A stretch of DNA of 43,638 nt from Octopus sinensis (Eukaryota): positions 1 to 43,638 of the forward strand of contig NW_021832717.1 in the NCBI RefSeq assembly GCF_006345805.1, written 5' to 3'. The position numbers and the translations under genes are program-made. The notes beneath the pieces were generated by a model. It saw only the letters and a list, made by a program, of their open reading frames with translations, had not been told where the DNA came from and did no database searches. Positions 1-12,730 of the stretch are shown here, piece by piece (positions within the stretch are counted from its first letter, which is position 1; every line of letters begins with the position of its first letter).

Positions 1-1203
1 TCTTTAAAAAACTACCATGATAAATTATTATATACATTTATGAGCTTTAGCTCATCTTAGCAGCTCTAACAAACAACTTGCAGTAACCCAAATCTATTCT
101 CGATGCCTGCCTTACTACTACACTATTCCATTCACAATTCCAGCAACGAGTCACCACCCGGTTACAATTCCCAACTCCACCCATTCATTCACAATTTCAA
201 CGACGTTCGCCTCCACAGCGTACATATAAGCCTCAACATATACACCGGAGATTCACTTTCACATCCGTGCGGATGGGTGAGAGTATACATTGAGTGTAGT
301 GATGGGGCTCCCATTACTATACACATTGTACCTGTGTGGTAGTCTCCATGTGTATATTCACGCACGGGTATAAATGCAGGGGTACAAGCGCACGTCATGT
401 GCATGTACCCCCTCACATGTACATATGCATGCTATTTGGGCTCGATATGTGCAACAATGTAATCGCGCCCGCTACATGCATATGGGCGAGTTGCACAATC
501 AAAATACGACACACGTGTGTGTGTGCGTTCCCTGGTTGTGAATTCACCCATCTGGGTGTGTGAGTGGGTGTAAGCGTATTGCTGTGGATGTCGAGCTTGA
601 TACGTATGTATATGAGTGTGTATTGGGGGGTTGTACGTATTTATTGTGTGCATGTGCTTCACGCACGTGCGTCCATGTATGGATGAAATATTGGGATTGC
701 TATGTGGGTGTAAAATTGGGTATGGAGGGGGGAGTTTTGTCATTGTATTGGTGTGGGTTTCATTTGTGTGAAGGTGGTTAGTTGGTGATTTTTGGTATGT
801 TCTGTATATTTGGGTTAGTTATGTATTATTCTAGTGTGTATAATTGTATACATATGATTGGTGTGAGTGGGATTACACACATTTTTGGGGATGTATGTGT
901 TTACACTCAATGTATACTCTCACCCATCCGCACGGATGTGAAAGTGAATCTCCGTTGTATATGTTGAGGCTTATATGTAGCGCTGTGGAGGCGAACGTCG
1001 TTGAAATTGTGAATGAATGGGTGGAGTTGGGAATTGTAAACGGGTGGTGGACTAGCGTTGCTTGGAATTGTGAATGGAATAGTGTAGTAGTAAGGCAGGC
1101 ATCGAGAATAGATTTGGGTTACTGCAAGTTGTTGTTAGAGCTGCTAAGATGAGCTAAAACTCATAAATGTATATAATAATTTATCATGGTAGTTTTTTAA
1201 AGA
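1..1203. repeat. Long inverted repeat (arms 1-298 and 902-1203, ~600 bp spacer); left arm probably continues beyond the window
   Basis: 1-298 (tctttaaaaaactaccatgataaatt...gtatacattgagtgta) is a near-identical reverse complement of 902-1203 (tacactcaatgtatac...atcatggtagttttttaaaga). Confidence 0.9.
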
Positions 1204-3451
1204 ATCCATTCATAATAAATTTTTTTTTAAGTAGTGTTGGTTTGCCACGTGGATATAGTTTTTAGTTCCATTTATTCTATTTCTCCATTCATAATTTTAA
1301 ATGACGTTTACTTTCCATGGCGCGTATTCTTTTTTTACATAAGTTATATTCTATGGTAACGTAATTTTGGTTTGATTTTTTTAACGGCTAAGAATTTAAT
1401 TTCACTTCATAATTTGAAACTGACTTGTAAGTATGTATTTTATTTCTCCTTATGTCATATTGTTATTTTTGATATTCTGGTTAATTACGATGTATTTAAT
1501 GTTGTTTTTCATAGGAGTGTTTATGTATATGAGATTGTGTGTGAGTTTTTAGTTGTATAATTTATTTATCTGTATGAGTGTGGGTGTGTAAATATTGTTG
1601 TATATATCGAGTTTAGTGAGTATGTATATGCGTATATGTGAGGGAGTATATGTATCTGTTGTGTGTGTGTGTTTTGCGTGTGTGTGTGTTTGTGTGTGAA
1701 TGTGTATATGGGTTTGTTATTTAGGTTTTGGGATGTATGTGTTAATTGTCTGTGTGGGGAGGGAGTGGGTTTTTGGTGTATATTGAGGTTTATAAGTAGT
1801 ATAGGTATGTGTATAAGTCGTGGTCTGTGGTTTACGTGTGTGTATTTGTGTGTGAATGTTTAGGTTAGGGGGATTGCTATATAGGTTTGTTATAGAGTTA
1901 GCAAAGGGAGATTTTATCGTTATATGTTTTTAAGAGTTTTGGTTTATCATGGTTTTTTTAGGGAATTCGTGGTAATTTGTCTATTTCGATGTTGGTTGTT
2001 TATTACATTGTTTCATTCATAATTTTTGAGTGGTGTTCGTTTTGCCACGTGAATATTATTTTTAATTCCATTTATTCCATTTCTCCATTCATTATTTTAA
2101 AAGATGTTCGTTTCCAGAGCGGTTATACTTTTTATACATATGTTAAGTTCCTTGGTAAAGTAATTTTGTTTGGTGTATATGTGAGGCTTATATGTACTTG
2201 TGGGTGTGTGTGAGTGGGGTGGGTGTTTGTATTGTTATGGGTGTGTGGTTACGTGTGTGTATTGTGTGTGAATGTTTAGGTTAGGGGGATTGCTATATAA
2301 GTATGTTATAGTGTTTAGTAAAGGGAGGTTTTATCATTATGTTTTGTGAGTTTTAGCTTATCATGGTAGTTTTATAAAAGAATCCATTCATAATTTTTGT
2401 GTTTATTTGTCTGTGGGGGTTGAGTGGGTTTTTGGAGTATATGTTGAGGTTTATATGTATGTATAGGTATGTGTAAGTGGTGTGGGTATTGTATATGTCG
2501 TGGGTGTGTGGTTTACGTGTGTGTATTTGTGTGTGAATGTTTAGGTTAGGGGGATTGCTATATAGGTATGTTATAGAGTTTAGTAAAGGGAGATTTTATC
2601 ATTATATGTTTTTATGAGTTTTGGTTTATCATGGTAGGTTTGTTAAGGAATTCGTAGTAATTTGTGTCTATTTGCGATGTCTGTTGTTTTATTGCATTGT
2701 TTCATTCATAATTTTTAAGTAGTGTTCGTTTTACCAAGTGAATATAATTTTTAATTCCATTTATTCCATTTCTCCGTTCATAATTTTAAGTGATGTCCGT
2801 TTTCTAGAGCGTGAATGTGGGTTGTATGTGTGTGTGTGTGGGAGTATGAATAAGTATTGTGTTGAAGTATTTAGCTATTTTATTTATTTATAGTTGCCTA
2901 GACGTTTTTATGTGTATGTATAGGGATATATATATAGGTGTGTGATTTAGTGTATGTAGTTAGATATGGTTATATATAATTAGGTATATGTGTATGGGTG
3001 TATATATAGTTTATTATTATATTATTATTATTTTTTGTTTTGTTTTATATTTTATATTTTATATTTTATATTAATTGTTGATAGGTTTATTTTAGTTTAT
3101 ATATTGTTTATATATTGATTATATATGGATTATATATAGGTTATATATGGATTATATATTTATATTTTTTCATTCATACTTTAATTATTTTAAAATTATT
3201 AATTTTATATTTTAAAATATTGATATTTTAGATTGGAAGTCCACCTGAAGATTGTCGATCAGACAAGAAACAATTGTAGTGGCGGTTTTTTTGACTATTT
3301 ATTAAAATTTTATGTATTGATTAAGTCTTTCCTTGTTGTTTTGCAAAATAGTGGTTTTGTCTCTAATATATTTTATAATATTTTACTATAAAATTGGATT
3401 TAATCCTAAATCCTAATCCCTGTAAATTTGGATTTATTCCCTAATATTTAT

Positions 3452-3455
<4 letters not shown>
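1204..3455 (+). mobile_element. Non-coding PLE-type 3' remnant: degenerate internal direct repeats, a hammerhead motif, then (TA)n
   Basis: Block ttcataat...agtgtt..tttgccacgtg..ttccatttattc recurs at ~1209, ~2016 and ~2705; block ggtttacgtgtgtgtatttgtgtgtgaatgtttaggttaggggg recurs at ~1829, ~2247 and ~2510; HHR at 3241-3282. PLE origin is inferred from the HHR and layout. Confidence 0.5.
3241..3282 (+). ncRNA. Minimal type I hammerhead ribozyme, canonical core
   Basis: ccac-CTGAAGA-ttgtc(gatca)gacaa-GAAA-caattg-TA-gtgg: stem I ccac/gtgg, 5-bp stem II, palindromic stem III acaattgt, GUA cleavage triplet. Confidence 0.85.
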
Positions 3456-3497
<42 letters not shown>

Positions 3498-3759
3498 TAT
3501 AATTATAATAAAGGGTTTTTTGCAACAAGTTGCTTTAACCACATACCGAAAATATTAGAAATAGCAGTCAAAGGGCTACTATTACTATTACTACAAAAAT
3601 AATTCTCCACAAACAACAGTATTTGTAACTCATATATGGTAAAATAAGAAAGGAAAACAACGAACCCACACAGTCTGCTGGATTAATTATGGACGATCGT
3701 TTCTGGATTAGAATCGTAAAGTTCATTTCCTTCTCAACATAATATTTCCCATAAATCTA

Positions 3760-3837
<78 letters not shown>

Positions 3838-4061
3838 ATATGTATGTATGTATGTATGTATTTATGTATATATATATATACAAATTGAGATAGGGGTTGT
3901 AAATGCAACCCTCCATAGGATAATATATATCCAATATACTGCTAGTGAAGTACCCAACAAAGTTAATACATAAATGTTAATGATTGCGATGCAATCAATT
4001 CATTTACTGTATTATATGGGCAAAGGTGAAATGAATTTACCACAAATTCTTATCTTGTATA

Positions 4062-4134
<73 letters not shown>

Positions 4135-4400
4135 AGTCAGTTATGAGGATGTAATTTCCTCGTTAGGGATTTTAATATCCGGATATCAACTGGTTTTATC
4201 GATTTATAATATGAGAGAAAATCCACAATATATAGGGATAAACCGTACAATATTGTATTATGTTAATATAAGAAAATGGGGAAGAAATATAATGGATACT
4301 TATTTAGTTTAATTTGTATCATGTTGAAAACATATCAAACAATGTTATGCACATAAGATTAAAGGATCAAGACCATCATGGAACCTGAGCATAAAAAGTG

Positions 4401-4512
4401 CCTACACATGTTTCAATCCGGCCACTAGGCGAACAGTGCTTCGAATCATCACGACGATTTGAAGCATGTTAGATGTAAAAGAACCCCACATTATGTACGG
4501 ATTTCATCAGGG
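4401..4512 (-). ncRNA. Hammerhead-like motif with a long stem II insertion
   Basis: Minus strand: cc-CTGATGA-aatccg-(77 nt)-cggatt-GAAA-catgtg-TA-gg. Stem I is only 2 bp. Confidence 0.55.
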
Positions 4513-4565
4513 GTGTCTATTTAAAAGACGAATGCTTATATATTGGTGGTAAATAACGAAATAAA

Positions 4566-4939
4566 TGGATGGAAGCACTCCGTCGGTTACGACGACGAGG
4601 GTTCCGGTTGATCCGAATCAACGGTACAGCCTGCTCGTGAAATTAACGTGTAAGTGGCTGAGCACTCCACAGACACGTGTACCCTTAACGTAGTTCTCGG
4701 GGATATTCAGCGTGACACAGAGAGTGACAAGGCCAGCCCTTTGAAATACAGGTACTACAGAAACAGGAAGTAAGAGTGAGAGAAAGTTGTGGCGAAAGAG
4801 TACAGCAGGAATCGCCACCATCTCCTGCCGGAGCCTCGTGGACCTTTAGGTGTTTTCGCTCAATAAACACTCACAACGCCCGGTCTGGGAATCGAAACCG
4901 CGAGTCCGCTGCCCTAACCACTGGGCCATTGCGACTCCA
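4566..4939 (-). mobile_element. tRNA-derived SINE
   Basis: Minus strand starts ggagtcgcaaTGGCCCAGTGGttagggcagcggactcgcggTTTCGATTCCcagaccggg: Pol III A- and B-box-like motifs with an apparent deletion between them, then a non-tRNA body. Confidence 0.8.
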
Positions 4940-5024
4940 TGTACGAAGTAAATAAGATGACTGAGGACAGTATTTTCAAATATCCAAATAACGTAAACAA
5001 TAAGTTGTTAGAAAAGACAGGACA

Positions 5025-7042
5025 CTTCTTAGAAGAAGTAAACTATAATTCTTCTTAGAAGCAAGTAAACTATAATTCTTCTTAGAAGCAAGTAAACTAT
5101 AATTCTTCTTAGAAGCAAGTAAACTATAATTCTTCTTAGAAGCAAGTAAACTATAATTCTTCTTGGAAGCAAGTAAACTATAATTCTTCTTAGAAGCAAG
5201 TACACTATAATTCTTCTTAGAAGCAAGTAAACTATAATTCTTCTTAGAAGCAAGTAAACTATAATTCTTCTTAGAAGCAAGTACATTATAATTCTTCTTA
5301 GAAGCAAGTACACTATAATTCTTCTTAGAAGCAAGTAAACTATAATTCTTCTTATAAGCAAGTAAACTATAATTCTTCTTGGAAGCAAGTAAACTATAAT
5401 TCTTCTTAGAAGCAAGTAAACTATAATTCTTCTTGGAAGCAAGTACACTATAATTCTTCTTAGAAGCAAGTAAACTATAATTCTTCTTAGAAGCAAGTAC
5501 ACTATAATTCTTCTTAGAAGCAAGTACACTATAATTCTTCTTAGAAGCAACTAAACTATAATTCTTCTTAGAAGCAAGTAAACTATAATTCTTCTTGGAA
5601 GCAAGTAAACTATATTTCTTCTTAGAAGCAAGTAAACTATAATTCTTCTTCGAAGCAAGTAAACTATAATTCTTCTTAGAAGCAAGTAAACTATAATTCT
5701 TCTTAGAAGCAAGTAAACTATAATTCTTCTTGGAAGCAAGTAAACTATAATTCTTCTTAGAAGCAAGTACACTATAATTCTTCTTAGAAGCAAGTAAACA
5801 AAATTATTCTTAGAAGCAAGTAAACTATAATTCTTCTTGGAAGCAAGTAAACTATAATTCTTCTTGGAAGCAAGTAAACTATAATTCTTCTTAGAAGCAC
5901 GTAAACTATAATTCTTCTTAGAAGCAAGTAAACTATAATTCTTCTTGGAAGCAAGTAAACTATAATTCTTCTTAGAAGCAAGTACACTATAATTCTTCTT
6001 AGAAGCAAGTAACCTATAATTCTTCTTAGAAGCAAGTAAACTATAATTCTTCTTAGAAGCAAGTACACTATAATTCTTCTTGGAAGCAAGTAAACTATAA
6101 TTCTTCTTAGAAGCAAGTAAACTATAATTCTTCTTAGAAGCAGTAAACTATAATCTTCTTGGAAGCAAGTAACCTATAATTCTTCTTAGAAGCAAGTAAA
6201 CTATTTCTTCTTAGAAGCAAGTACACTATAATTCTTCTTGGAAGCAAGTAAACTATAATTCTTCTTAGAAGCAAGTAAACTATAATTCTTCTTGGAAGCA
6301 AGTAACCTATAATTATTCTTGGAAGCAAGTAAACTATAATTCTTCTTAGAAGCAAGTAAACTATAATTCTTCTTGGAAGCAAGTAAACTATAATTCTTCT
6401 TAGAAGCAAGTAAACTATAATTCTTCTTGGAAGCAAGTAATCTATAATTCTTCTTAGAAGCAAGTAAACTATAATTCTTCTTATAAACAAGTAAACTATA
6501 ATTCTTCTTGGAAGCAAGTACACTATAATTCTTCTTAGAAGCAAGTAAACTATAATTCTTCTTGGAAGCAAGTAAACTATAATTCTTCTTAGAAGCAAGT
6601 AAACTATAATTCTTCTTAGAAGCAAGTAAACTATAATTCTACTTAGAAGCAAGTAAACTAAATTCTTCTTGGAAGCAAGTAAACTATAATTCTTCTTAGA
6701 AGCAAGTAAACTATAATCTTCTTAGAAGCAAGTAAACTATAATTATTCTTAGAAGCAAGTAAACTATAATTCTTCTTGGAAGCAAGTAAACTATAATTCT
6801 TCTTAGAAGCAAGTAAACTATAATTCTTCTTTCAAGCAAGTAAACTATAATATTTCTTACTAGCAAGTAAACTATAATTCTTGTTGGAAGCAAGTAAACT
6901 ATAATTCTTCTTGGAAGCAAGTAAACTATAATTTTCTTAGAAGCAAGTAAACTATAATTCTTCTTGGAAGCAAGTAAACTATAATTCTTCTTAGAAGCAA
7001 GTACACTATAATTCTTCTTAGAAGCAAGTAAACTATAATTCT
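5025..7042. repeat. 27-bp minisatellite, ~75 copies
   Basis: Unit cttcttagaagcaagtaaactataatt with recurrent variants (ttggaag, gtacac); it produces the spurious LLLRRIIVY ORFs. Confidence 0.97.
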
Positions 7043-7257
7043 ACCACTACTACTGCTGCTGCCCCTTTTCCTCCTTCTTCTACTACTACTACTACTTTTC
7101 CTCCTTCTTTCTCTACTACTACTACTACTACTACTATCTTGACTAACATCTTTGCTACTACAATTAATTCGATTAACTACAACACTAAAAGCACCATCAC
7201 CACCACCACCACCATCACCAACGGTACTATCAAAGGTTGTGCCATATATATATATAT

Positions 7258-7289
<32 letters not shown>

Positions 7290-7643
7290 CTTGTTAGTAT
7301 GGTATAGATATGTATGTTGATACATTTATTTATTTATGTATTATAAGTCATATTTTAAATATGCTAAATATTTTAATGTTATACACTGGCATACGCAGCG
7401 TAACACATGCATATACGCAGAGTCGTACAATATTATGTATATGTCAATGTATGCGTGTATGAATGGATGCATATATGAGAGTATATGCGTACATATGTGC
7501 ATGTGAGCATCTCTCTATATATGTACACTGATAATATAATATATTAATTAATTATATATATATATATATATTAATTAATTATATATTAAATATTTATATC
7601 TATACAGATATATATATATATATATATATCGTATATATATATG

Positions 7644-7743
<100 letters not shown>

Positions 7744-7806
7744 TATATATATATATATATATATCTATATAATATATATATAATAATATATATATATATA
7801 TATATA

Positions 7807-8010
7807 TGTTACATATTATATCTGTGTGTTTGCGAATGCCAAACTACTCCATACTCTGGCACTATTTGTTAGTGAACAATACAAACTGTGTGTTAAGTAA
7901 ACAATGTATCACTACACTAATGTCGTCCGTAACGTCAATAAATACGTTAAATAATAACAATGGTTTTCAACTGGTTGTCCTTCCCAATACAACAAACCAC
8001 ACGCATAACA
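7807..8010 (+). repeat. 5' LTR (204 bp)
   Basis: Direct repeat of 10572-10789 with TG...CA termini. Confidence 0.93.
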
Positions 8011-8023
8011 TGGTGGCAGCGGT
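8011..8023 (+). promoter_or_regulatory. Primer-binding site, tRNA-Leu type
   Basis: TGGTGGCAGCGGT directly after the 5' LTR, complementary to a tRNA 3' end (...ACCGCUGCCACCA). Confidence 0.8.
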
Positions 8024-8133
8024 AAACAATTAATCCGGAATTGTGCTTTTAAAACAAAACAGGAACACAACGAACGTGGAATTAGCAAACAAAACATCGC
8101 TACACTTCGGACAACATAAACAAAGAATCCAAG

Positions 8134-8886
8134 ATGGCGACCCCCGTCGCCGTACAGATGAACTGGGATTCTAGTGATGTCGTTGAAGAATTTAAAAAAT
8201 TCAAACAAAAAGCTCAACTAGCTTTCAAAAGTTTCCTGAAAGGCACAACTGACGATGAAAAGGTAAGTTACATCCTTTTATGGTCAGGTAATAAAGGAAT
8301 AGACCTATACAATAGCTGGGATATGTCAGAATCAGACTGCAATGACCCAGATACACTTCTTGAAAAATTTGAGAGGCACTTAGAGCCCAGGTCAAACCAC
8401 AGAATTCAGAGATACGAATTCCAGGGCCTGAAACAAGCCCCACAAGAAACAATAGACAATTTCCTGTCAAGGCTGAAAAATGTTGCAGAGAAATGCAATT
8501 CAAAGACAGGGAGGAGAGAATTGTAGACCAATTAATATGGGGGTGTGCCCACAAAGAAGTGCAAAAATCCCCTCATAGGTAAGGACGCTCTCCAGTTGGT
8601 AGAAGCAGTAGACACTGCAAGAGCATTTGAAGCCACTACCAAAACAAATGGCCTCACTAAGCTTACAAGCAAGCCACTAGATAGCAGTGTAGATGTTGTA
8701 TCCAGGCACAGGACACAAACCCACAACCAAAGAACTTGCCGGTACTGTGGTACAGAGCATGAATTTAATGACCGAAAAAAATGTCCTGCATTCGGTACAC
8801 ACTGCAAAGGATGTGGAAAACTGGAAAAAATGTGTAGAATAACAAAATCCCAGAGATATAAGCCCCCACTGGAAAAAAATGTGTAG
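8134..8886 (+). pseudogene. gag: gag, frameshifted, with zinc-knuckle motifs
   Basis: ORFs 8134-8526 and 8545-8886; capsid-like QETIDNFLSRLKNVAEKC; CRYCGTEH..C and a degenerate CKGCGK knuckle; 48-bp tandem duplication at 8821-8916. Confidence 0.8.
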
Positions 8887-9420
8887 AATAACAAAATCCC
8901 AAAGATATAAGCCCCAAGTTTCAAAGAGGAGCAGAAATAGAAGGGATATACATGCACAACAACAGGAACAAAGCACCTCAGAGGAGGAATTCTTAGCAAT
9001 CGGCATAATAGATGTGCATGAGAAGGGAAAGGACGACCGAAGGGAAGAAGATGAGGCATACACGACAATGAAAATTCAAAAGAAGGCCGGAAGGAAAAGA
9101 ACAAACATAGACTTAAGGCTGAAGATAGACACTGGGGCCCAGAGTGATATCTTGCCTGTCGGCTTATACAAAAAGATGTTCCCAGAAAATATGACAGAAG
9201 AGGATAGGGTCAGGAAAGGAATCCTCACACCAAGTGATGTGTCCTCACTGCGTACGGAGGTACCAGAATCCCACAACTGGGGGGAAAACAACAATAAAGG
9301 GAACCAATCGAGTGTACATTTTATGTCACAAGAACAGGAGGAGGCCAGCAATTCTTGGACTCGATACCTGCAGGAGGTTAAATATTGTGTCGGTCAATAC
9401 TGAAGTGAAAGCAGCACCAA
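8879..9420 (+). pseudogene. Retropepsin-like aspartic protease remnant
   Basis: LKIDTGAQSDILP (DTG catalytic motif); AILGLDTCRRLNIV follows in another frame. Confidence 0.8.
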
Positions 9421-9639
9421 GCAGGATTGTAAGTGATATGCCTATCAAAAATCGACCACCAATCACAAACAAAGGAGATGGAAGGACTAAGCAAAGCAGA
9501 AAGGTCCACCACATTGTAAATGTGACAACCAATAAGAGCATGTTACAAAGACATAGAAAAGTACAAAACCTCACAACAAAAGAAAAAAACATAGAAAAGT
9601 ACAAAACCTCACAAAAAAAAGGAGGAAATGATATCTGGT

Positions 9640-10470
9640 GACATCCCAAGAAGGCCATGGCAAACTATTGGAGTAGATCTATTCACAGAAGGCCAAGAAT
9701 GGTATTTAATAAGGCCTGCTACTACTCCAAATTTCCATTTGTGAGAAAAGTGAAAGACCTGACAAGCAAAACAATCACTACAGTGGCCCGAGGACTCCTA
9801 GCAGAGCAAGGAATACCAGAGCAGATCATATGTGACAATGGAACCCAGTTCACGTCACAAGAATTCAAAAAGCTAGCGATGAGTATGGGTTCAATATTGC
9901 AACTTCATCTCCACACTGCCCCAAAGGTCATGGGTTTATAGAAAGACAGGTGCAGACATTGAAGAGAACACTAGTCAAATGCCGGAAGACTAGGAAGACC
10001 CACACCTGGCACTTCTGTCCCTACGAGCGACTCCACTGAGAGCTAATATGAAATCCCCAGCAGAATTGCTGAATGGCAGGAAGTATAAAACTACCCTGCC
10101 AACTAAGATTCAACCTCCTATTGACCAGAAAGAAACAAGGGCCAAGCTAGCAGCCACTCAAGAACAAGCACAGAGGCATTGCAACAAACATGCACATTTA
10201 CCTGAGATGCTTGGAGGACAACATGTGCATACTCAAGATCCCATAACTAAAACATGGATCCCAGCAAAGGTTGTCAGTAGAGCTGAAACTCCAAGATCAA
10301 ATAAGATAGAAACAGAATCTGGTAGGCAGCTGAAACAACAGGGCCCACATCCGCCCAACACCAGAGCTGCCGAGGAAAAACGTGTACAACACACCTCAGA
10401 CACCGGTGCGAAGCAGAAGATCCACCAGATGAGGAGAAAGAACATTCTGCCACCGGTTCGATACCGCTAA
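9640..10470 (+). pseudogene. Integrase core and C-terminal remnant, frameshifted
   Basis: YYSKFP, EQGIPEQIICDNGTQFTSQEFKK, SPAELLNGRK and WIPAKV...TPRS motifs typical of Ty3/Gypsy integrases. Confidence 0.85.
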
Positions 10471-10571
10471 AGAAAAAGAAAAGACATGATGAAAATCCAT
10501 GGAGCAAGGGAGACTACTCATAGTTGTCTTCACTGCCAAGAGACCCCCTTTTTTTTTTCAAGAAGAAGGGA

Positions 10572-10789
10572 TGTTAACATATTCATATCTGTGTGTTGCG
10601 GAATGCCAAACTACTCCATACTCTTGGCACTATTGTTAGTTGAACAATACAAACTGTGTGTTAAGTAAACAATGTATCACTACACTAATGTCGTCCGTAT
10701 AATCAAGCAACGTCAATAAATACGTTAAATAATAACAATGGTTTTCAACTGGTTGTCCTCCCAATACAACAAACACACGACGCGTAACA
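10572..10789 (+). repeat. 3' LTR (218 bp)
   Basis: Direct repeat of 7807-8010, preceded by the PPT. Confidence 0.93.
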
Positions 10790-10798
10790 ATATATATA

Positions 10799-10855
<57 letters not shown>

Positions 10856-10856
<1 letters not shown>

Positions 10857-11867
10857 TAAGGTATGTAGAAAAATACAACATGGACAAGAACGTATAACTC
10901 ATAGAAGACGATACAATAAACAAGGACAGGACATTCGAACCCCTCAGTCTTCAGTCAAGAACCGGATCATCGTAGTAATTTCGGCTGATTAATCTTGAGA
11001 TTACTAGATCACGGCCAGCCCTCCAAGAAAAACTAAGCTGGAAGCGTAGATTTCTGGAAGAAGGATCGAATGCATACGAACAGTAAAAGGGACAGATATA
11101 AAAAAAAAAAAAAAAACAAAAAAAAAATGGAATACAGAGCATTAACAGGTGAAAACAACAAGTGTCTTACGACTGATAACAAGCAAACAAATTTTTTCTC
11201 TGGCGCATTGGAAAAAGCCTTTATAGCGGCGGACGAGGAACAACGATGTTAACACGACGAAAGTCAGGAGCTGAAAGGCAGATTTCGGCCAACAGTCACG
11301 TGACAGAGAAGAGGGAAAAGAAAAAGAAGAGAGAGAGAGAGAAAAGGGGGGGACAAAACGCAACAAAGAGAGAGAAGAGAGAGAAAGAAGGAATCAGAGA
11401 GGAGAGGGATGGGTTGTCGAAGAATGACCTGAGTGCAGAGCGAGACAAAGAAATAGGAGGGTAGTGGAAGACTAGACCAAAGGATCAGAAGAGAAGATGA
11501 ATAGAGAGAAAGTAAAAATGAGAGAGAGAGAGGGAGACAAACAGAGAGTCGTACCAATTATTAAGAATATGTGTTCACATTAATGATAAAGGGGGTACGG
11601 GGCGCCTGGAATATATGTTAAGGTATGTAGAAAAATACAACATGGACAAGAACGTATAACTCATAGAAGACGATACAATAAACAAGGACAGGACATTCGA
11701 ACCCCTCAGTCTTCAGTCAAGAACCGGATCATCGTAGTAATTTCGGCTGATTAATCTTGAGATTACTAGATCACGGCCAGCCCTCCAAGAAAAACTAAGC
11801 TGGAAGCGTAGATTTCCTGGAAGAAGGATCGAATGCATACGAACACCAGGACAGTAAAAGGGACAGA

Positions 11868-11901
<34 letters not shown>

Positions 11902-12584
11902 AATAATGGAATACAGAAGCATTAACGGTGAAAACAACAAGTGTCTTACGACTGATAACAAGCAAACAAATTTTTTCTCTGGCGCATTGGAAAAAGCCTT
12001 TATAGCGGCGGACGAGGAACAACGATGTTAACACGACGAAAGTCAGGAGCTGAAAGGCAGATTTCGGCCAACAGTCACGTGACAGAGAAGAGGAAAAGAA
12101 AAGAAAGAGAGAGAGAGAGAAAAGGGGGACAAAACGCAACAAAGAGAGAGAAGAGAGAGAAAGAAGGAATCAGAGAGGAGAAGGGATGGGTGTCGAAGAA
12201 TGACCTGTGAGTGCAGAGCGAGAAAAGAAATAGGAGGGTAGTGGAAGACTAGACCAAAGGATCAGAAGAGAAGATGAATAGAGCGAAAGTAAAAATGAGA
12301 GAGAGAGGGAGAGGACAAACAGAGAGTCGTACCAATTATTAAGAATATGTGTTCACATTAATGATAAAGGGGGTACGGGGCGCCTGGAATATATGTTAAG
12401 GTATGTAGAAAAATACAACATGGACAAGAACGTATAACTCATAGAAGACGATACAATAAACAAGGACAGGACATTCGAACCCCTCAGTCTTCAGCAAGAA
12501 CCGATCATCGTAGTAATTTCGGCTGATTAATCTTGAGATTACTAGATCACGGCCAGCCCTCCAAGAAAAACTAAGCTGGAAGCG
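10856..12584. repeat. Head-to-tail array of a ~770-bp non-coding unit (10856-11617, 11618-12395, partial 12396-12584)
   Basis: ttaaggtatgtagaaaaatacaacatggacaagaacg starts each unit; copies are nearly identical; (TA)n on both flanks. Confidence 0.92.
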
Positions 12585-12682
12585 TATATATATATATAAC
12601 AATTGCAGCGTGGAAGGTTGGTATATAAGCCATTTAAGAAACACACAAAAGCCGTTCGATTCACTTCAACATTTAAGTTTAA

Positions 12683-12730
12683 TTGTCAAAATATTTTCGT
12701 CGCTAAAATCCGCGACCTGTTCACTGACAA
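12683..12730 (-). ncRNA. Variant hammerhead (G3:C8 core) in the 3' pLTR
   Basis: Minus strand: ttgtca-GTGAACA-g-gtcgc(ggatttta)gcgac-GAAA-atat-TT-tgacaa. Confidence 0.7.

Larger units (their letters stand above)
7807..10789 (+). mobile_element. Ty3/Gypsy LTR retrotransposon (Mag-like), internally deleted and non-autonomous
   Basis: LTRs 7807-8010 and 10572-10789, both TGTTA...TAACA; PBS at 8011; PPT aagaagaaggga at 10560-10571; ATATA on both flanks; gag, protease and integrase remnants inside. Confidence 0.93.

Noticed and set aside
4860-4939. tRNA gene (also SINE heads at ~35560-35620, ~36040-36107 and ~41960-42040)
   Set aside because: A and B boxes continue into SINE bodies; no complete cloverleaf.
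5029-6920. LLLRRIIVY-repeat ORFs
   Set aside because: Translation of a 27-bp minisatellite that lacks stops in one frame; the array has frame-breaking indels.
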